From assembly GCA_002269645.1 (NCBI GenBank), contig NIVC01003988.1:1-64000 (forward strand): DNA of 64,000 nucleotides. Reading direction: 5' to 3'. Both the position numbers and the translations under genes were made by a program. A model generated the notes under the pieces. The model did no database searches. It had not been told where the DNA came from and was given only the letters and a program-made list of their open reading frames with translations. Below, in pieces: positions 50,781-64,000 of the stretch. The DNA is from Macrostomum lignano. Its lineage: Eukaryota. The stretch's first letter is position 1, and each line of letters opens with the position of its first letter.

Positions 50781-52016
50781 TCACACCTGCAGCATCATCC
50801 GCATCGAACGGAGGGCCTTCCAGCTTCTAATGCAATAAGAGGCCATGTGGGAGTAACCGGTCGTCTGCTTGGCTGAGTACACACCGTTCGGGTTGGACGT
50901 CATGCAGTGACCCCACCAGTAGCCGCCGCTTCCATATTTGGTGCTGCAGCTGTAAGAATAAGCGTCGTTGTCCCTGTCGAAGGTGGAGAACTGCTGGCCT
51001 CGATGGTGAGACAAAAAGTCGCAGTTGATGGTGGATCTGCCGCTCCCGAAGCTGCCATAGTTCATCCTGTAGTTCTTGCTGGAGTCTCCAACGTTAAAGC
51101 CGAGCCACTCGAACACGTAGAACTCTCCATTGAAAGTCTGGGCCTCGACTCTCAAGTTGCTGGTGTGGTTCAGTGTGAACTCGTGGATTCTATTCAGTCC
51201 TGAGTACAGATGGAGCATATTGCACATTGCTTTTTATTCTTTTTGCACTTGCATTTAAGTGAAAACTTTAATAGACTCACCGATCCAGAACTCGACGGCA
51301 TTCCCGAAGCCGCTGACATACTCGCCCCAGGTCCTGTTGAAGGCCACCTCTCCGGTCTGTCTCTGCTGGAACACCCAGAAGGTCCTGTCCCCGATCTGCT
51401 GCTGGTATCCGGGATGCGAAACCGGCAGGAGAGTCTCAGAGGCGGACGTGTGAGTGGGGGATGCTGAGGTGCTCTCGGTTTTAGTCGGACCTGCAAACAA
51501 TGCAAATCTGTGTAGGCCAATGAGTGACTGCTAGCTACCTGGCTATTTGCACGAGTTTGTGCCTGCAGACTTCGCAACTCACCGCTGCCCGACAGCCTCA
51601 GCCGCTCGACCGTCTGCCAGAAGTCCTCGGCCAGCCACACCTCATCGCCGGCCTCGGATCCCAGCTCACCAAGTCTCGCCGATTCAGGCGAAGCTTCAAC
51701 CAGCCGCAGAGTCCTGCAGAGGCGGCTGCCGCTATTGAAGGTGGTGAGCGCGCAGTCGCTGGACGCGATGACGCACTTGAGCGCGCAGTCCTGTGAGCTG
51801 GCTGCGGGTTCGGCAGCGATGACGGAGCTGCCGACGCCGGCGTCCAAAGCGACCGGGCCGGGCGACTTAACGAGTCTACGGCAGCTGGGAGTCCCGGCGG
51901 CTGCAACTGATGGCATAATCGTTGGCATGATGGCATAAATAATTTTGACATAATCGGCGAGACTCACCAGCAATGCAGAGGCTCAGAAGCGTGAACAGCT
52001 GAGGGCTCATCCGCAT
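50781..52016 (-). CDS. Secreted PAN/Apple + fibrinogen-related domain (FReD) protein, 4 exons, 333 aa
   Basis: Exons complement(51968-52016, 51583-51906, 51281-51490, 50781-51199), all junctions phase 1, 1002 nt. Signal peptide MRMSPQLFTLLSLCIAVAAA; PAN-like CALKC...C...C; FReD motifs WVFQQR, FNRTWGEYVSGFG, EFWIGLNRIH, FSTFDRDND, GGYWW, SNPNG. Confidence 0.88.
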
Positions 52017-52465
52017 CCTGATGAAGGTTTTCCAAGACGTGGGTGTCTAAACTGCCAGGCTCCCCGTTTCTGCGAGCGCATGCCTCGTTGTTTGGATTTT
52101 TATCTCCAAAAATCTTGAAGCAGCTTGTCAGAAAGAAACCTGCCTCCAGGAAGTGATGCAGGAGAGCTGCTTGAGTGGCAATCAACTCTGCGTGCTCTTC
52201 GGGACACCTGGACACCAAGTATTTTAGTGCGATGAGAATGCTGACAGAATCCCAGAAGACTGTCCTCTGCATTGCACCAGATGTGCTGAATTGTCAATTC
52301 CATCTGTCGTGCAGTGGCAGTTGTGGCGGTGAAATCGGTACCCTCGAATAAATGCAGAAAAATGCTGGCATCACTCATACCCGTATCCAATTTGATTGCC
52401 AGTGAGAATTGCTTTTGTGTCGAGTCGGGAGCACGAGAATTTCCCGCAGGTCGTTTTCCAGTGGG

Positions 52466-52730
52466 CAGGCGCGTCGCCACCGGGGGGACAGAGGGGACAT
52501 GCCCCCCACGGTAAAAGCTATGGGGGACATGCCAATGCTTTTTCCCCCACCCCACCTTGTGACCCGTTGTGGTAATCAATAATAAATGGAGTGCCTGCGG
52601 CGCCAAAATGAGTGCTGACAACACGATTCTTTAAATAATGGATATGTAGGAATTTAGTCATATACATGCATGTATACGTTGAATTCTTGGCTTTGTCCCC
52701 CCCACCATAAAATCCATGGCGACGCCATTG
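52466..52730. mobile_element. hAT-type MITE, 265 bp
   Basis: Imperfect 14-bp TIR (CAGGCGCGTCGCCA vs reverse complement CAATGGCGTCGCCA, 11/14), subterminal GGGGGGACA / TGTCCCCCC, 8-bp TSD CCAGTGGG / CCAGTAGG (7/8). Confidence 0.78.
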
Positions 52731-53134
52731 CCAGTAGGAATTTCAAGTCAAATCCAGTCGGATTTGATCGCTAGTCTAGTCTTGCTCTAATCTAGTCTAG
52801 TGTAGTATAGTCGACTCTATAGACTGGATTAACTATAAACGGGAAAAGCTCCCGCGGGAAAACCACCTGCGGAAAAAATCTCATAGACCCCTTCTCGGCG
52901 ACAGGTTTTTTTGACGAGCTGTCATCCAGCTGTCGATATTCTGTCAAACTTGCTTTTTGGCGTTTTTATCGTGACATGTGGAAAATTACTACGGCAACAA
53001 GGTTGATTGATTGACAGGTGTGTGAAGACTGGTTTGAGGTTTGAATGGAATTCCGTATTTATACTCCGTGTCTGCTACTTGTGAGTAGAGTTTTAAAAGT
53101 TAGTCCAATTTTTTAATCAAATATTTGTTTGACG

Positions 53135-53410
53135 AGGGGGTTGCAGCCTAGTGGTTAGAGCGTCGGACTCACGAATGAAAGGTCGGGGTTTCGATTCTCG
53201 ACCCACTTGGAGCAGTTTGTGTCCTTGAGCAAGATACTTAACTCTGCATTGCTTCAGTTCACCCAGCTGTAAATTGGGGTGCCAGCATTAGCTGGGGTAA
53301 TTGAGGAGGTGTGGCGAACCAACAGTCCTTGGACTGAACAGCCGTACGCAGCCTTCAGGCTGAGATGTCTGGCCCAATTGGGGCAGGTGTACTCAATTAT
53401 TATTATTATT
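53135..53410 (+). mobile_element. tRNA-derived SINE
   Basis: A-box-like GCCTAGTGGTTAGAGCG, B-box-like GGTTTCGATTC, a central GTGTCCTTGAGCAAGATACTTAAC...CACCCAGCTGTAAAT segment resembling SINE conserved domains, and a (TTA)n tail. Confidence 0.8.
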
Positions 53411-53755
53411 GATCTCTACACGTTCTCGACTAGTTCAAGCCTGATGAGACACAAAATACCATTTGCATTAATAAGAATCTTTCTTCCCATTCCGCCGACT
53501 AATCAATAAAAAATCAATAGAAAATCAAAAGCTAAAATTTATGGCTCACAGAGCAGAAATGCCTGGCCAAAGAAGCACACTCTCAAGCTCCGTCACCCTA
53601 GTGAGGGCTGTATTTGACTCGCTCGCATCATAGGCAGTCAAAATGCTAAAAGCATCAACAGGTGATAAATATGAATGCGAATTCAGCTAACAAGAACAAC
53701 AGGTAGGACCAATTATAATTATAATGGCTTCAGTTGCTGCAATCTGGCACCGAAT

Positions 53756-55620
53756 TCACGCTGTGCCAGTCAGTTTGCTGATCACTTCGGATTTTTTTGA
53801 GGACTGCTGCTGCTGCTGCTGGTGCTGGAGCAGCTCCTGGTGCTGAATGAAGATGTCCTTGAAGGCGTAGTCAGCATCGGGCACGGGCACCCTGTTGAGG
53901 TACTGGTCCAACAGGTCGTACCTCTTGTAGGCCTTTGAGAATTCGATTGCTTTGGCAACGTCTTTGTCGCTCAGGTAGCTGTACAGGTGCTCCAGGTCTA
54001 TGCCCTGGTAGCCGTGCAGGTGCCACTTGCACATCCAGGGTGGAGGGTTCAGCCGCACCTGGAGGGCAGAATTCCGGATGCTTGCATGTAACTTAGGTAG
54101 TATTAGACCTACACGTATGTTGACAAGACTTGTTTGTGTCACCCAGGATTCGAGCTAAGGACTTAGATCGACCGCCCGGCAGATTAGAACTCTCAAACTC
54201 AGGACTGATGGTGAGCACTGGGATTCGAACTCGGGACTGATGGTGAGCACTAGGATTCGAACTCGGGACTGATGGTGAGCACTAGGATTCGAATTCGGGA
54301 CTGATGATAATCTCTGGAATTCAAATTCAGGACTGATGCACTGGGATTCGAACTCGGTACTGATGGTGATTCGAATCCCACTCACCCGCTCCCTATTGAC
54401 GGGCACCGGGTCGTTGCGCGAATACGGTTCCGGCACCATGTCGAAGGGGATCGTGCAGTGACTATGCGGCGCGTCCATCAGGTACAGCAGGTTGTCGTCA
54501 AGGCGACGCTCGAGCTTCAGCAGCTGGATGGACACGATGCTGGGGCTGTAGAGCTCGTATTCGATCTGCACGCACACCTGGTCGACCATATTGCGCAGGG
54601 TGAATGTGGTGAAGAGGCCGGTGTGCCTGCGCAGGATGCACAGGCCAACAAAACGGTTCACCTGGCGGAGGGTTGGAACGAGCAATGAGATTCGCTACTC
54701 AGTGTAGTGAGTAGTATATTGCATGTTAGATGTCAGATCTTAGCATGTGCAATGGGAGCCCAGCAGATAGAGAATGACCGTTGAAAAGGCCATTCCTTGT
54801 GATTTAAAGGGCGATTCTTTGAGATTTAGGGGCAATTCTTTGAGATTGAAGGGGCGATTCTTTGAGATTGAAAGGGCGATTCTTTGAGATTGAAGGGGCG
54901 ATTCTTTGAGATTGAAAGGGCGATTCTTTGAGATTGAAGGGGCGATTCTTTGAGATTGAAAGGGCGATTCTTTGAGATTGAAGGGGCGATTCTTTGAGAT
55001 TGAAAGGGCGATTCCTTGGGATTGAAGGGGCGATTCCTTGGGATTGAAGGGGCGATTCTTTGGAATTGAAGGGGCGATTAAGGAGTTAAGTCAGCAGATT
55101 GATCGAAGCGAAAGGAAGGCCCGCCAACCTTGTTAGGCGCGTGCTTGTCCATCACGCTGACGGCAAGAATGGAGCCGACGTGGAACTCCGGAATGTTGAT
55201 GACCCGCCGTCGCCGCATCATCTCGGCCCGGTGCAGCGACTCCACAATGGGGTCGCGGTAGTCCTGGCTCACTATGGGTGGCAGCGCCTCCTGGTACAGC
55301 CGCTTGATCTCCGGCGGCACCTCGGCCTGCTGGTCGGCTGCCTTGGCCCGGCTGTGGTCCGGCCCGATGCCCGACAGGCGCCAGAACTCCTTCATGGCCT
55401 CCGGCGACAGGCGCGGCTTGTACACCCCGCGCAATTCCGGCCGGAGCCAGCGGCGGCCCTGGCGGCACGGCTGGAGATGCGGCTGCTGATGCAGCGGCGA
55501 TGGAGGCTGGACAGGCGAAGCGGCGAACCGGTGGGCGGCGGTCACTCGGCAGCCGAAGAGGAACCTGGAGCCCAGGGACAGGGCGCAGCTGCCAGCTGCT
55601 GCTGATGGCGCTGGTGGCAT
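53756..55620 (-). CDS. MRPL19: Mitochondrial ribosomal protein L19 (bL19m), 3 exons, 356 aa
   Basis: Exons complement(55129-55620, 54386-54661, 53756-54058), phase 0, 1071 nt. Motifs RRRVINIPEFHVGSILAV, FVGLCI, FTLRN, ELYSP, KLERRLDDNLLYL, VPVN. Start codon uncertain. Confidence 0.92.
54180..54378. repeat. ~32-bp minisatellite in MRPL19 intron 2
   Basis: Unit GGACTGATGGTGAGCACTAGGATTCGAACTCG, about 6 degenerate copies. Confidence 0.85.
54815..55078. repeat. 22-bp minisatellite in MRPL19 intron 1
   Basis: Unit GGGGCGATTCTTTGAGATTGAA. Confidence 0.93.
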
Positions 55621-55654
55621 CTCTAGCTGGATGCTGGCAGCATGAACAGGAGTT

Positions 55655-56140
55655 TGGCCCTGTGATCTGTGCTGTGACTGGCACTGTGATCTGTGCATGC
55701 TGTGACTGGCACTGTGATCTGTGCATGCTGTGACTGGCACTGTGATCTGTGCATGCTGTGACTGGCACTGTGATCTGTGCTGTGACTGGCACTGTGATCT
55801 GTGCTGTGACTGGCACTGTGATCTGTGCTGTGACTGGCACTGATCTGTGCTGTGACTGGAACTGTGATCTGTGCTGTGACTGGCACTGTGATCTGTGCTG
55901 TGACTGGCACTGATCTGTGCTGTGACTGGAACTGTGATCTGTGCTGTGACTGGCACTGTGATCTGTGCTGTGACTGGCACTGATCTGTGCTGTGACTGGC
56001 ACTGTGATCTGTGCTGTGACTGGCACTGATCTGTGCTGTGACTGGCACTGATCTGTGCTGTGACTGGCACTGTGATCTGTGCATGCTGTGACTGGCACTG
56101 TGATCTGTGCATGCTGTGACTGGCACTGTGATCTGTGCAT
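55655..56140. repeat. ~22-27-bp minisatellite upstream of MRPL19
   Basis: Unit TGTGACTGGCACTGTGATCTGTGC. Confidence 0.93.
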
Positions 56141-57175
56141 GCCTAGGTTATTATACTCTAAATTTGAAGAACATTGATCATGAAAGTATTTAGTAAGTCA
56201 CAGAATAATATTTAGGTTAAAGAACATATTTTAAACACATTTATTTACAATTCAAACTTAAATATTAATTTGTTATCTGCACACACACACAGAATAACAA
56301 ATCAAAGAAGGCTCTTAAGCAAGATAAAATAAGCAGAGTTAACTCAAACACAATCTAATAGCAATCAGCTGCAAATGTACTTTAAATGATACTTTTAGTA
56401 AGTAAATTTCAGATCTGAATAAAGTACAGTGGCAATCAATAGCAAATTGGGTACCTGGAAACTATTTATATTTATAAGTCGAGCACCAGAGGCAAAAATA
56501 AAATTCAATTCACAAGTCGCGCACAATGCGCAGCTCCAGCATAACTCTCTGTTTGCGAGTTAATATAAGCCCGGAAGAAAGCATCACAGAACTCATAGGT
56601 TGGTTGATGCTAATGACTTATTATTACAATACTTCGAAGTTAACAAGGCAAATTACTGAGTTGCCAAAAGTGTCCTCATAGTGTCCTATATGATCCTCAA
56701 ACCAATAAAAATTTTAAATAAACTTAAAAACAGGAGGTTAAGTACATAGTCAACAGCAGTAACACTTTTATTCTAAGTAATTCAAACGGGCCTCACTATT
56801 GATATGTTGCAAATTAACTTTGAAAAACTACTGCAAAGCCTTTATTTGAAGATCAAAGCTCAGGGTCTTAAATTTATGTCAGATCAACTTGTCACTTTGT
56901 TTACGGTATATAAGAGTCAACCTAATTTTCTAAACTACCGATATGTAGCGCAATCAACTTTAAACTAAGCAATTTGTTAAGTGCTGTGATGAACCCCAAA
57001 TTTGCAGGTGGGAAAATTTGTTATTATATGCTTTTAAGTAGATTGAATTTAGAAACAATTTTAGTATATAGAATTCTGAAACTACCGATATGTAGCGTAA
57101 CCAACTTATCAGCCAAGAAGAAATATGAATTTTCTGAGAAACATGAAATTTTTACTCAGGTGACGGTCCGGCCCG

Positions 57176-62288
<5,113 letters not shown>

Positions 62289-62394
62289 GCTCTATAACAG
62301 TGCGGCCGCGGGCCCGCTGCGACAGGCAGGAGGGGTCCGCGTGTGCACTTTTACACTGCTGAGCATTCTCTAGCTTTCAGGTTGTCTCTGAGCA

Positions 62395-62970
62395 CACTTC
62401 TCAGCTTAATCTCCTCTCCTCTCAGCCTAATCTCCTCTTCTCTCAGCCAAAGTTTCTCTCCTATCAGCCTAATCTCCTCTCCTCTCAGCCTAATCTCCTC
62501 TTCTCTCAGCCCAATCTCCTTTTCTCTCAGCCTAATCTCCTCTTCTCTCAGCCAAAGTTTCTCTCCTATCAGCCTAATCTCCTCTCCTCTCAGCCTAATC
62601 TCCTCTTCTCTCAGCCCAATCTCCTCTCCTCTCAGCCCAAGCTTCTCTCCTCTCAGCCTAACCCTCACTCCTCTCAGCCTAATCTCCTCTCCTCTCAGCC
62701 TAATCTCCTCTCCTCTCAGCCTAAGCTTCTCTCCTCTCAGCCTAATCTCATTTCCTCTCAGCCTAATCTCTCCTCTCAGCCTAATCTCCTCTCCTCTCAG
62801 CCTAAGCTTCTCTCCTCTCAGCCTATATCCTCTCAGCCTAACCTTCACTTCTCTCAGCCTAATCTCCTTTCCTCTCAGCCTAATCTCTCCTCTCAGTTTA
62901 ATCTCCTCCTATTAGCCTAATCTCCTCCTATTAGCCTAATCTCCTCCTATTAGCCTAATCTCCTCCTATC
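62395..62970. repeat. ~21-bp C/T-rich minisatellite between TRAPPC5 and CAPN7
   Basis: Unit CTCAGCCTAATCTCCTCTCCT and variants. Confidence 0.93.
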
Positions 62971-63296
62971 CTCTCCTAAACGTACCTTATCTCTGAGGCC
63001 TCTCTACTTCACCGCCTCTCAGCAGTCTGCTTATCAGAATTCTTTTAACAATTATACTGAATCCTTTTTTAACTCTACTACTTCTTGTAAGTAGCAAAGA
63101 AGCGAAAACAAACGCCAAACTCGCTTAGAGTATTTTGGCTCACAAGTACAGAATTTATTGCCATAATTGTACACGTATTTCATATCACAAACAAGCAGAG
63201 ACGCTCAACAATGCCAATGGAATACTGCATACAATATAATATTGAGACAGGGTCGCAATTTTAGTTTTAACAATCATGGGTTTATTGACTAATCAA

Positions 63297-63857
63297 TCAA
63301 CGAGAGTCCAGCGACCGGTCCCTGGTGAGCACTGAGGGCTCAAACTTCACCTCATAATAGGTGACATCGTTGGAGAAGAACGTGGCCACCTGGCACTGGA
63401 AGCCGGCGGAGCACAGGGCCCCCTCCAGCACGCCGCCGATGAAAGCGGCGCAGTTCACGTTGGTGTCGGCCTTCTGGCTGAAGGACACGAACCTGTTGGT
63501 GACGGGCTCCCGCTCAACAAAGTAGAAGGTTCGCTCGTCGTCGGTGCTCTGCTCAAGGTCGTCGCAGTCCTTGCCGAACAGCATCCGCCACAGACTGGAT
63601 TTCACCAGGAACAGTGCGTTCTTCAGCCGGAGCTCGCGGCGGCCATTGCGCTCGCGGAAGAACAGCAGATCCAGCGACCGACTGCCGATGTGGCGTCCGA
63701 AGTCCGCCAGCTTGGACTGCAGCTCCTGCACCGTGCGAGAGCGGCCGTTCGAGTACTTGATCATCTCGGACAGCAGCAGGCTGAAGGTGGCCAGCGGCAG
63801 GTCCGTCTTGGGGCGGAGCAGCGACCGGTCTAGCGGAGATCGGGACAGCTGCGACAT
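63297..63857 (-). CDS. TRAPPC5: Trafficking protein particle complex subunit 5 (Trs31), intronless, 186 aa
   Basis: LDRSLLRPK, FSLLLSEMIKY, LQSKLADFGRHIG, RRELR, LWRMLFGKDCDDLE, EREPVTNRFVS, NCAAFIGGVLE, YEVKFEPSVLTRD recalled as matching TRAPPC5. Confidence 0.93.
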   Translation of the reverse strand: MSQLSRSPLDRSLLRPKTDLPLATFSLLLSEMIKYSNGRSRTVQELQSKLADFGRHIGSRSLDLLFFRERNGRRELRLKNALFLVKSSLWRMLFGKDCDDLEQSTDDERTFYFVEREPVTNRFVSFSQKADTNVNCAAFIGGVLEGALCSAGFQCQVATFFSNDVTYYEVKFEPSVLTRDRSLDSR

Positions 63858-63874
63858 GCTTAGCGAGGCATCGG

Positions 63875-64000
63875 TAGATTGCGGAGTGAATCGGTAGATT
63901 GTTGATTGAATCGGTAGATTGTGGAGTGAATCGGTAGATTGAGGAGTGAATCGGTAGATTGTGGAGTGAATCGGTAGATTGTGGAGTGAATCGGTAGATT
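63875..64000. repeat. 20-bp minisatellite upstream of TRAPPC5
   Basis: Unit TGAATCGGTAGATTGTGGAG, running off the window end. Confidence 0.9.

Noticed and set aside
51964-52624. Extra ORFs upstream of the FReD gene
   Set aside because: Short, overlapping, no recognisable domain or consistent splice model.

Overview
Eukaryotic (metazoan) genomic DNA with spliced genes, no prokaryotic features and no CRISPR array. GC-rich Pro/Ala-rich exons, a different minisatellite in most introns and intergenic gaps, (GACA)n/(CTAT)n tracts and an RTE-type LINE fragment resemble the flatworm Macrostomum lignano; that is an inference, not a verified assignment. Gene models built by hand from GT-AG sites: an SLC22 transporter (-), TMEM184C (+), a 4-TM MS4A-like protein (+), four low-complexity orphan ORFs, a secreted PAN/Apple + fibrinogen-domain protein (-), and MRPL19, CAPN7 and TRAPPC5 (all -). 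Mobile DNA: an RTE fragment, a 3.27-kb TG...CA element with a 4-bp TSD (solo-LTR-like), a hAT-type MITE and a tRNA-derived SINE. The most striking structure is at 19469-31215: one divergent unit plus 18 near-identical ~650-bp units running into an assembly gap. Each unit looks like an exon plus intron cassette, with a strong acceptor, a perfect GTGAGT donor, symmetric phase 1-1 and one frame open across the exon. That frame encodes a 4-Cys ~86-aa module with a variable poly-Ala (CAG tract), bounded by KR and KRKRR basic sites. Expression of the array cannot be shown from sequence alone, and the many 1-nt indels point to uncorrected long-read errors.
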